A stretch of DNA of 64,000 nucleotides. Origin: Macrostomum lignano (lineage: Eukaryota). The DNA lies in contig NIVC01003146.1 of NCBI GenBank assembly GCA_002269645.1, positions 15,281-79,280 on the forward strand, written 5' to 3'. The notes below the pieces were generated by a model. That model worked only from the letters and a program-made list of their open reading frames with translations, had not been told where the DNA came from and did no database searches. The stretch's first letter is position 1. Each line of letters begins with the position of its first letter. Below are positions 10,601 to 20,877 of this stretch, in pieces. Both the position numbers and the translations under genes were made by a program.

Positions 10601-13600
10601 GCGCCTCGCTCTCCTCCTGGCAGATCGTCAGGCACTCGTCGCCGTGCGTGAAGCGCAGCACGTCGCCGCCGAACACGCAGCTGAGATTTTTCTGCCGGAT
10701 GGCGCCGCTGCTGACCGGGATGATGGTCCACAGGGTCTGGCGAAACGAGGCCAGCACGCCGTTGTCCTCGGGAGAGAAGTGCTGCGGGTTTTTGGGGCGG
10801 AGTTGGGTGAGTCCTCGGTAGATGGGGATTTCGCAGGTCGGATTTCAGCTTCAAAATATCGGCTGTCCCAATGTCTGTGCCTATCAGCACACAATACGCT
10901 CGTACACCTGCTATGCACTTTAGCTATCCAGAATGTGCATTCAGCCGGGCACTCACATGCTTGGGCGCAACCTAGGGATTCACCCGGCCGTTTCAATTGG
11001 CAACACACACACGCAAGTCCCTATTGGACAGAATAGTAGTCACGTGACTGATCTCAGCCAATAGCGACTTACATGTGTGTGTTGCCAATAGAAACGGCCG
11101 GGTGATTCCCAAGGTTGCGCATGTACGGGCACTCACCAAATACCGCTCGGACGAAACGCTGACCAAAATGAAGTCGTCGCCAATGCGCACTTTCTCGCCG
11201 TCCGACCGCGTCTTCGAGGCCGGGTGCACGGTCCACCAGCAGGATTCACCTAGGGGAAGGGGGTAAGCGGCGTGTGAAGTTCGTCAACTTTTAGCACGAG
11301 CTTTGAGCAAAGCAGCATTAACGAGGCTCGGGAACAGAGTGGGGAAAAGCCCCGCATGGAACTCCCTGCGGCCCAGTGCAATGAGTAGTTGGCTTGGCAA
11401 AATATTAAATTTTGGGATTGAATGGGAAAACAGGGTAAACTGGGAAATTAGCAACTTGAAGAGCGATGGGTAAAAGCAGCCAACTATTGAGTCCGATCGG
11501 CCATAACTCCATGCTTATCCGGATATTCATCATCCCGAATCAATAATGAATTTTAATAAATTACTATTAATGATAGAAATATACCTAATATTAAAGGCAT
11601 ACAAGCCAAGAAGAGAAAAAATTCATTGCTCCCCGACACCCGGAAGGAAAAGTTCGAAGGAGTCGAATTTATTGATTGATAAAAAACCAAAAAACCATCA
11701 GCAGCATGGCAGCATCGAACAAGCTTTGCAAAAGTTCTTACTTCCTCGTCCTGCGAAATAGGATTTTGTGTTATAAAATTGATTTATGAGCAGCACAAGA
11801 TAGTACTCAAATGAGTGAGTGCGGCACTTTCCACCGACCAAAATTTGAGTTCATGCTTGATAGGTACCAGAAACGGAGCAGCAAATTTTGTAATGACTTA
11901 TCCAGGTGTATCAACTTCTGTACACTTGAATCATTTCAGAATGCATATCATCAAGAAGATATTTATCTAACGCCTTACAAGGTGTCTACAACAGACAGCA
12001 AAGCAAGATGATAAAAAGGAAAAAATTGCAGTTTAAGCGAAAGTTCGTAAAGCGAAATTGACAGAGTAAAAAACAATAGGCGGGATGGTGAACTTACTAA
12101 TGGACCCTAAAATGGCGTGTGAGGGGATGAAAAAGTACATCGGTTTTACTCAAGTTAATCTTGTTTGTCGGTGACCAACAGTGCGTGTGTCTGTGCGTTG
12201 CTCCATTCTATATTTAGATTTCACAGCCACCTATCTCCACGACCTTGACTGCGTGCGTACAGCCCCAGAATGTACATTCCCTAGAACTATTTATAGACAC
12301 GGTCCTTTGACTTTAAACCCTCGATTTCTCCTTACCCCCGTACATCAGAGCCACATTCCTCCGCGAACTTGGCTCCAGTGTACATTTAGCTATTCATAGC
12401 TTCTGTCTTTCTACCCTCTCTGAAAACACCTCCCCCATTTTTGCCCTTCTCTCCCCATAAAAACTATATACCTAATGGCTTTTTAAAACAAGCACACACC
12501 TGCCATTTATCACTATCAGCATGAGTAACATTTATCAACGCAGAAAAAAGTACACAGCAGTCTGAACTAAATAAGTTAGAACACGCAATTCATGGATCCA
12601 TATAATAAGTAACACCGACCAAGCTTAGCTAGGCCTCACCTTGGGGCTGCTCTTCCAATCCAACATCGAAAGCTAGCTTGTCCCGTGAGCTCGAGGTTGT
12701 TAGACAAGTGAGATACTGAAATTAGAATAGTATCACTTATTTTTGTAAGTTATATTAAATGCACATACGAAAGCTACTACTGTTGCTATTTATTATTACC
12801 ATAGAGCTGGCGTGATGTCTCAGCAGGATGGCGTGACCATACAGCAGGGTCTTGTGACCCGACTGTCCCGAGTCCTGAAATGCGATTAGAATTGTTACTA
12901 CCGGGTCCTTTGGATGAGCAGCGGGATCACTAGAGGATCATTGGGGAGGCTATTGAAGGATCATTGGGGAGGCTGCTGAAGGATCATTGGGGAGCCTAAT
13001 GAAGGATGAGGGGAGCCTGGAAGCCTGAAGTCTGTTGAGCCCATCAGGCCAGCCCGACTCACCACGTTGCTCTTTGACGAAACCATTTCCTGCAGGGCGC
13101 GCACTGACAATGCCTTTTCAAGAACGAATTTGCACACGGAAAAGTCCGGCGGCACGTCCTGGCATTGGGACAGAAAATGGCAGGTAAGAGAATTGTTCGG
13201 TTTAGTGAGGCACGCGGTGATTGTACAGCCGGCTCACCTTGTTTGACAGATTCTCCAGGTAGCACATGCGGTTGCCGAAGCCCTGGGCGGCCAGCGACAC
13301 GCGCTGAGAGTTTCCGCTGGCATTGTGGATGACGCAGCTCAGGCTGAGAAGGTCGTCCTGGAGTGCGCGGGGTGCGGGAGCTGGCTGTGCGGGTGCCGGG
13401 ATCTACTGACAGGGTAGAGGGGATCTAATAGGCAGTGGGAATTTAATAGGGAGTGGGGGATATAATAGGGGGTGGGGGATCTAATAGGGGATAGAGGGGA
13501 TATAATAGAGGGAAGAGGGGATCTAATAGGGATAGAGGGGATCTAATAGAGGAAAGAGGCGATCTAATAGAGGGAAGAGGCGATCTAATAGAGGGAAGAG

Positions 13601-13906
13601 GGGATATAATAGAGGGAAGAGGGGATCTAATAGAGGGAAGAGGGGATCTAATGGAGGGAAGAGGGGATCTAATAGGGGGAAGAGGGGATCTAATAGGGGG
13701 AAGAGGGGATCTAATAGAGGGAAGAGGGGATCTAATAGAGGGAAGAGGGGATCTAATAGAGGGAAGAGGGGATCTAATAGGGGGAAGAGGGGATCTAATG
13801 TAATAGGGTTGAGTGCTGATCTTCTTGGGGTTCAGGGCGAAAGCAACAGTTTTAAAGTACTAACCGTCCTCAAGAATGAGGTGTCCTCATCTGACTCGCC
13901 TTCCAT
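1640..13906 (-). CDS. RYR: Ryanodine receptor, N-terminal part (multi-exon; gene continues beyond the left edge of the window)
   Basis: Exons on minus strand, all GT-AG and phase-consistent: 13865-13906 ([14 protein letters not shown]), 13238-13357 ([15 protein letters not shown]), 13063-13158 ([24 protein letters not shown]), 12800-12874 ([15 protein letters not shown]), 12640-12715 ([20 protein letters not shown]), 11137-11249 ([23 protein letters not shown]), 7917-10781 (MIR, RIH, SPRY1, RyR repeats: [30 protein letters not shown]), 3916-4012, 2735-2942 ([17 protein letters not shown]), 1640-2216. These motifs are RyR-diagnostic. Confidence 0.97.
2240..2640 (+). repeat. Minisatellite C, 19-bp unit TTCTCATGACTCACGTCTG
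   Basis: Tandem copies. Confidence 0.95.
2965..3560 (+). repeat. Minisatellite, 42-bp unit GAGAACCTTGAGAAGTCCATGAGAAACTGACGAGAGATCATT
   Basis: Tandem copies decaying rightwards. Confidence 0.95.
4295..7440 (+). repeat. Large satellite, 28-bp unit CTAATCTAATCTGTGGGATTCTAGTGGT (~3.1 kb)
   Basis: Over 100 tandem copies with CTAG/CCAA/CTAA variants. Confidence 0.98.
7490..7880 (+). repeat. Minisatellite, 22-bp unit AACCCTAATCGCTAATCCACAG
   Basis: Tandem copies. Confidence 0.97.
10957..11125. mobile_element. Palindromic (fold-back) MITE with 11-bp target-site duplication in a RyR intron
   Basis: 10965-11043 is an imperfect reverse complement of 11044-11120, centred on GTCACGTGAC. Direct repeat CGGGCACTCAC at 10946-10956 and 11126-11136. 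Confidence 0.75.
13420..13800 (+). repeat. Minisatellite, 21-bp unit GGGGATCTAATAGAGGGAAGA (RyR intron 1)
   Basis: Tandem copies. Confidence 0.95.
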
Positions 13907-14918
13907 GCCCTTGGAAAGGAAATGGCAAAGGGAGCACGATGTACTTTGGCAAGTGAGTTTGGATTTCAAAGCAGCAAAAATGAATGAATAAAACAGAAAG
14001 CAGGAAAGCTTAGCACCATAAAAAGCAAAACCAGACAGTTTGGCGTCACCTGAAAGTCTGACACTCAGGTAACAAATGACGCAACAGTTGCTCGAAAAGC
14101 CGAACGCCGAAGGAAATTCTTTTTGAATAACTCGATAAAAAGATTTGACACTCAACAAAAATCAATCAATAACTGGCGGAAGAAACGCAGCGGATCTAAG
14201 GTGAATTTACATCCTCCGACAGCATGAGGTGAACCATAGCTGGGCAGCCGGGGTGGCGACTGATTCTTCTGCTGCTGCTGATGAAGCTGGGAGGCTGGCT
14301 GGTTTATCACCGAACACTTCGGTTCGCCAATGGGTCAGCGGATGCGGCACTGGCGGAGGCTGCAGAGGTGCGCGCACAGGGGTTGGGAGCGCTGGTTGAT
14401 CGCAAACTACCGGGGAGTCTCTACCCCCCCCCCCCCCGGGTCCGGGTAGCAACGCCCTTTACCTGCGAACTTCGATCGCCGAGAGCAAGCAGAAGGCTGG
14501 TGGCCTGCAGAGTTCCCGGGGGCCGCTTCTGCCTGCAGCTTGAATGTGACGTTGGATGCACTGCTGCTGCTGCTGCAGCTACTAGAAGCAAAGATCTGGA
14601 ACTGCAGGCAATTTTTTGGACACAGGGGGCCACGCGCGGCTGACAGCGGGTGAGAGGGGGGAGAAGGGATCGGGGGGAGAAATTTCTGGGGTTGGGGAGG
14701 GAAGAGACGCAAGGAGAGACAGAGAAGGAAGTCTGAAGACGAGAGAGAGAGAGGGCAGGAGTGCAGCTCAGTGCAGCTCGCAGGGCCGATCGCAGCTGCG
14801 CTCCCCCTTCTCTCCTTCCCCAGGCCAGGCAGATCCCGAAGCTCTGCGGCCACCCCTCTGCCACGTGCAGCCGCAAAGTCGCGCAGCAAGAGCGGCTTGC
14901 CGTCGACTGTGCGAAATT

Positions 14919-15232
<314 letters not shown>

Positions 15233-15299
15233 TCTTCATTTCAGTGTCTGTCTTGGTGTCTGTCCTAATGCTATAAGAATCGACATGAATCATGATTAA

Positions 15300-15600
15300 T
15301 AGAAACCGACAAGAGTCATGAGTCATAAGAACATGTGTCGTAAAATCCGGCGTGAATCATAAGAACCGACATGAGTCATAAAAACCGACATGAGTCATAA
15401 AAACCGACACGAGTCATAAAAAACCGACACGAGTCATAAAAAACCGACACGAGTCATAAAAACCGACATGAGTCCCAGTCGCGAGACTTAATGCCGACCC
15501 AGCAACATGCATTCCAAATTTCCAAATAGTCACATTCCCAACCGTCACATTCCCAAACTTTACATTCCCAAACGGTCACACACTCAAATTGTCACATTCC
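15300..15600 (-). repeat. Inverted relatives of minisatellites C (15300-15475, AAAACCGACATGAGTCATA) and B (15525-15600, GTCACATTCCCAAAC)
   Basis: Reverse complements match units C (15/19) and B. Confidence 0.85.
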
Positions 15601-15875
15601 GAGCGTAGCTACGCAAGTTAAAAAAAGATTTTAAGTTTCAATAAACTTCAAAATTTTCGAAAAAGTTCTGGCAAGAATTTTTTTTCTTTTTTCGAATTCC
15701 AGAATCTCATGTCTAATCAAAGTCTCACTGCTATACTGGCTACTGCTCGCTAGTAGTAACTATATTGTTTATTAAAAATGTGGGTTAAATATCGATAACT
15801 TGACTTGAATGGAACAGGAGTTCTTAACAAACACTAGAGTCTAACTTGTGCGTATGGACAGAAAAATGGGCTGGT
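15600..15875 (-). repeat. Inverted homolog of 845-1140
   Basis: Reverse complement GCCCATTTTTCTGTCCATACGCAC..AGAACTCCTGTTCC..AAGTCAAG..ATTTAACCCA..GCAGTGAGA..TGATTAGAC. Confidence 0.8.
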
Positions 15876-15879
15876 GCAC

Positions 15880-16590
15880 CCTTCAGCTAGTGCACCCTGA
15901 TCCTTCAGCTGGTGCCCCCGATCCTTCAGCTGGTGCCCCCCGATCCTTCAGCTGGTGCCCCCGATCCTTCAGCTGGGTGCCTCCCGATCCTTCAGCTGGG
16001 TGCCTCCCGATCCTTCAGCTGGGTGCCTCCCGATCCTTCAGCTGGGTGCCTCCCGATCCTTCAGCTGGGTGCCCCTCCCCGATCCTTCAGCTGGGTGCCC
16101 CTCCTCGATCCTTCAGCTGGGTGCCTCCCAATCCTTCAGCTGGGTGCCCCTCCCCGATCCTTCAGCTGGGTGCCTCCCGATCCTTCAGCTGGGTGCCCCC
16201 CGATCCTTCAGCTGGTGCCCCCCGATCCTTCAGCTGGTGCCCCCGATCCTTCAGCTGGGTGCCTCCCGATCCTTCAGCTGGGTGCCTCCCGATCCTTCAG
16301 CTGGGTGCCTCCCGATCCTTCAGCTGGGTGCCTCCCGATCCTTCAGCTGGGTGCCCCTCCCCGATCCTTCAGCTGGGTGTCCCTCCCCGATCCTTCAGCT
16401 GGGAGCCCCGGATCTTTCAGCTGGGTGCCCCTTTCCGATCCTTCAGCTGGGTGCCCCTTTCCGATCCTTCAGCTGGGTGCCCCCCGATCCTTCAGCTGGG
16501 TGCCCCATGATCCTTCAGCTGGGTGCCCCTTTCCGATCCTTCAGCTGGGTGCCCCTTTCCGATCCTTCAGCTGGGTGCCCCCCGATCCTT
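15880..16590 (-). repeat. Inverted copy of minisatellite A (GTGCCTCCCGATCCTTCAGCTGG)
   Basis: Exact reverse complement of a unit variant found in 1-728. Confidence 0.95.
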
Positions 16591-17400
16591 CAAGGCGGTC
16601 AGGAGTGCTTCGGACTGCAGGACAGCCCTCACGGAACGGAAGTCCGCTGCGATGTCGCAGATCCTCGCGATCATCAGACACCAGACCGCCGAGGTAGACG
16701 AACTGCTGACAGCGCCTCGGCAGAAAATTGCAGCCTCAATTTCGTCCGGCACTCAGAGCACGACGGTCTTCTGCGTGGTGACCACCAGGCCGACAGTCGC
16801 CGCAATGCTTTCCAGCCGGTCCAGCCGCCGCTGGGCGCCCTCGACGGTCGAGGACAGCAGGGCGAGATCGTCGGCGGAGCCAAGCACACTGAGCTGCCTC
16901 TCCGGTTGGCGCCGACCCACGCGTCGCTGCAGCAGAAAGCCGTCGTCGTTAGAAGGAAGAGCGGTCCGCAGCACCCAGTCAAGCACCAGGACGAACAGGA
17001 ACGAAATCCGACAGGCCGTCCGGTGTCAGCACAGCAGCGTTCGTGCCATGATACAGCGCCATGACGGCGGGAATCAGCTGCTCTGGTATGCTGGGAGCAC
17101 AGCACTCACGACCGAGTCGAAAGCCTTCCTGAAGTCAATAAAGAGAACAATCAGGCTCGACTCGGTCCGCGCTTTCTCGATGACTCGGCGAAGAGCCAGG
17201 ATCTGCGCCACTGTGCCGCGCAGGACTGCAGGCAGATACCTCGGTGCTTCTCAAGCCGTGTGGTGCCCCCCCCCCCCGATTCTTCGGAATAGCGATGTGC
17301 GCCGTGTTACATTCGCTGTGAGCCGCCTCACCGAAAAGCAGGCGGTTCATCACATTGGCAACCTCACTGGCCTCACAGCTGAGTCGCAGCCCTCATAATC
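16590..17400 (-). mobile_element. Degenerate, internally deleted non-LTR retrotransposon RT fragment (RTE-like)
   Basis: Fragments across frames: HRGICLQS, TVAQILALRRVIEK, LFIDFRKAFDSV, FLFVLVLDWVLR, SADDLALL (YADD mutated), AQRRLDRLESIAATVGL..KT. Confidence 0.85.
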
Positions 17401-17417
17401 GAATTGTCAAAACCGAA

Positions 17418-17670
17418 GGGGCTTGTAGCCTAGTGGTCAGAGCATGTGACCTACGACTGAAAGGTCGGGCCCTCGGGGTTCGATTCTCGACCCATTTGTG
17501 TCCTTGAGCAAGAAACTTAACTTTGCATTGCTTCAGTTCACCCAACTGTAAAGTCGGTTACCAGCATTAGCTGGGGTAATTTAGGGGGTGTGGTGACCCC
17601 CCCCCCAGTCCTTGGACTGAACAGCCGTACGCAGCCTTCAGATGCGCCGCGTAATAGCTGCGGCTGAGCT
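17418..17670 (+). mobile_element. tRNA-derived SINE with a CORE-like central domain
   Basis: A box TAGCCTAGTGG (~17426), B box GGTTCGATTC (~17477), then GTGTCCTTGAGCAAGAAACTTAAC..TTGCTTCAGTTCACCCAACTGTAAA, which resembles the conserved central segment of metazoan CORE-type SINEs. 3' end approximate. Confidence 0.72.
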
Positions 17671-17743
17671 GTCGGTTGCACATCTGCCGGTGTAATCAAT
17701 TGTTATTTGTTATTAGTTCAAAAGCAGTTGATACCTTAACAGT

Positions 17744-18626
17744 AGAACAACCAAGAGGGGGGGAGGGAAATTCCCCCCCCCTGACAATTTTTTTGCTGCG
17801 CCGGAACGGAGCAACGCAGGCACACGAAATTCAAGAACACGGGCTGACTTTTTGTTGCGCACCTTCTCAAACAAGAATCAAGTCGCCAGCCCTTCGGACC
17901 GTTGAGATATTAGACAATTCTGCCAGAAGGTCGGATTTTTCCCATAAGCGCTAGTGTATTCAGTACACCCCTGTGCGCCAATTAGCACTGCGCCTCAGTG
18001 CAGCCTTGCCAAGTCTACAAATTTCACCAGCACGTCGAACACATGTGTCTGCATCAGCTCTGACTTCGTTGGTTACTGGCCTTCACCCAAGTGGAGCTTC
18101 TGGACCCTAAACAGCTGTGGCACCAGGTGACTATCGACACCCTGATGCGGATTTCTCTAGTTTCGTCGATCAAGCCTCGACAGAGGGCAAGAATCAACCG
18201 CCAGACATTCTCAGCTAGTCTCTCAAGCATTCCGTCATCACCCGGACGCCGTCGGCTCCTTCAAAAAATTACAACAGGTGACTATGGACATCCTGTTGCA
18301 AATATGTCAGGTTTTTCTTATCAAGCTTCAATAATGAGCAAACCTCAACTGCTGGACATCCTCAGCTAGTCAGTCAAGCATTCAGCCATCACCCCGACGC
18401 CGTAAGCACCTTCAACAGGTGGCACCAGGGGAGTAAGGACACCTGAGCGTGATTTTTCATCATGCTCTTAACATTTCGGCGTCGGGGTGATGGCTGATTC
18501 TTGTTTGAGAAGGTGCGCAACAAAAAGTCAGCCCGTGTTCTTGAATTTTGTGTGCCTGTGTTGCTCCGTTCCGGCGCAGCAAAAAAAATTGTCAGGGGGG
18601 AAATTCCCCCCCCCTCTTGGTAGTTC
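17744..18626. mobile_element. Non-autonomous TIR element (MITE-like), ~880 bp with ~135-bp terminal inverted repeats
   Basis: 17744-17880 is a near-exact reverse complement of 18495-18626 (CTGACAATTTTTTTGCTGCGCCGGAACGGAGCAAC..GCACCTTCTCAAACAAGAATCA). No TSD or transposase found. Confidence 0.8.
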
Positions 18627-19369
18627 GACGGGCGGAAAAATGGCTTGGTATTCCTACTGTTAAACTGACTTGTCATTATAGACTCAACCAATGGCAACTG
18701 TGTGCTCGATGGAGTTGGCAAGTGTGAGAATTAGCTTGCAATGTAGCCCAAAAAATCAAAGTTTTGATAACAATAATGATAGATTTGTTTGCATTTGAAT
18801 CTTCAGGTTTTAAATAAATATAAAGACATTAATAATAATAATAATATAAATGGTTTTGTTTTACGTTTGACACCGATCGCCGCGCCAATACTGAAGTTGC
18901 TCAGACTGGCAATGATGAAGCCAAGGATGCTGGAGGTGAAAATGTACACAGATGAGTAGATGCAGATTATATAAAAAGCTAGGACTCGATAAAAAGTATT
19001 GATAAAGCTATGCTTGAGGGTAAAAGAGCACAAAAAGGAGAGTTGCAAGCGGATTAGACTGGGAATCAGAATAGAATTTTGGTAAATCAAGTCAGGACAG
19101 GCAAATAAAATCATCAAGTCAGTTCTCGCTAGCAAATGGATGAGCACCGACTGTGTTTGGTTGGAGCACAGATCTGTCAGTTGCAACTGGAATCAAATGT
19201 TGAAGCAGGTAAGTCATAACAATATCTGGTAATATTATTAATAAAACTGCGGCACAACAGGTCGAGAGCTGGCAGGCGGGCAAGTCGGGGCCGGCGTGGC
19301 TGCTGCAACTGGGCGGCGCCGCATGAGCTGGGCCGGGGGGTTGGCGGCTGCTGATGGAGCTGAGGTGAG

Positions 19370-19652
19370 GGCAGAGGGGGTGGGGGGCAGAGGGGGTGAG
19401 AGCAGAGGGGTGAGGGGCAGAGGGGTGAGGGCAGAGGGGGTGGGGGCAGAGGGGGTGAGGGCAGAGGAGGTGAGGGCAGAGGGGGTGAGGGCAGAGGGGT
19501 GAGGGCAGAGGGGGTGAGGGGCAGAGGAGGTGAGGGCAGAGGGGGTGAGGGGCAGAGGAGGTGAGGGCAGAGGGGGTGAGGGGCAGAGGAGGTGAGGGCA
19601 GAGGGGGTGAGGGGCAGAGGAGGTGAGGGCAGAGGGGGTGAGGGTAGAGGAG
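19370..19652 (+). repeat. G-rich minisatellite (GAGGGCAGAGGGGGT variants)
   Basis: Tandem copies. Confidence 0.9.
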
Positions 19653-20379
19653 GTGAATAACAAATACAACTGGCAAAGTGCCCGCCCAGTTGAGCAGCAG
19701 CGCGGAGGCACAGAAGGACACAAAAGTACAAAAGATGAGAACGGCAAAGTGCGGATATACAAATGACGGCGAACGGTAAAAACTGGCAGATAAAAATGCA
19801 AGCCATATACGGGCAGGGGACTGGAGCAGCGCTGAGCATTATGGAGGATGGGGTGGCAGTCAGGCCAGCGTAAAAACAAGAAAATCTGTGAATATAATAA
19901 ACAAGCAAAGTGGTAAATTCAATACTACTCACTAAACATACAGAAATGTACCAATGGGAAAAGCATCTGAGCATGCCAATAAATAATAACAGTCATCATA
20001 ATCAGAAAATAACCCTGCAGAAGTTGATCATTTTATTATAAGACTAAGACGAGCAAAGGGCACTTTTGCACGCAAATTATACACTGATTCTGGCCTGCTT
20101 ACTAACAGTAGGATAATTCGAATCTGCAAAGCTTTCGATAGCAACAATGGGGAAGACGACAATTGATGAATTTGACAGCCATAATCTTTGTGGTTAAATA
20201 AATTGACGATGAGTCAGACGGATGGTTAGGAATGTGGGATCAGAAGGCCAGCTACTGGACAGACAGACAGACAGACCGGATTAGTGCATCCATTGATTAA
20301 TGACTGTACGCGAGTCTGCGGCGAAGTCAAAACAATTTTATAAGGGTCAAACAGCTCAAAAGAGGCGCTATTGGAGTCC

Positions 20380-20765
20380 CTACTCAGGTAACTGGAGTCC
20401 CTACTTAAGTACATGGAGTCCCTACTAAAGCAACGGGGAGTCCCTACTAAAGCAACGGGGAGTCCCTACTTAAGTACAGGGAGTCCCTACTAAAGCAACG
20501 GGGAGTCCCTACTTAAGTACGGGGAGTCCCTACTAAAGTAACGGGGAGTCCCTACTGAAGTAACGGGGAGTCCCTACTAAAGTAACGGGGAGTCCCTACT
20601 GAAGTAACGGGGAGTCCCTACTAAAGTAACGGGGAGTCCCTACTGAAGTAACGGGGAGTCCCTACTGAAGTAACGGGGAGTCCCTACTAAAGTAACGGGG
20701 AGTCCCTACTGAAGTAACGGGGAGTCCCTACTGAAGCAACGGGGAGTCCCTACTGAAGTACTGAA
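20380..20765 (+). repeat. Minisatellite, 22-bp unit GGGGAGTCCCTACTAAAGTAAC
   Basis: Tandem copies. Confidence 0.95.
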
Positions 20766-20820
20766 GTCAGGGCGGCTGTACACCCTGTGTGAGCGTGTGT
20801 GAGTGCGTGCCTGCGTACAG
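20764..20820 (+). repeat. Short dispersed repeat, partial copy 3 (just 3' of the VKR stop)
   Basis: AAGTCAGGGCGGCTGTACACCCTGTGTGAG..GCCTGCGTACAG. Confidence 0.65.
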
Positions 20821-20877
20821 GGCACAGATGAGCAGTGGCGCTAGTAGGCATGGCAGCAGCAGTTGACAGGCGGGAGG

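Noticed and set aside
8046-11036. Numerous plus-strand ORFs antisense to RyR (and similar ones opposite the VKR and laminin exons)
   Set aside because: Shadow ORFs caused by very high GC3; no recognisable domains.
17418-17495. tRNA gene
   Set aside because: A and B boxes are present, but I could not fold a clean cloverleaf and the sequence continues into a SINE-like body.
19000-19980. Possible decayed LINE 3' end on the minus strand (YQNSILIPSLIRL)
   Set aside because: A single weak motif with many stops; not enough to call by eye.
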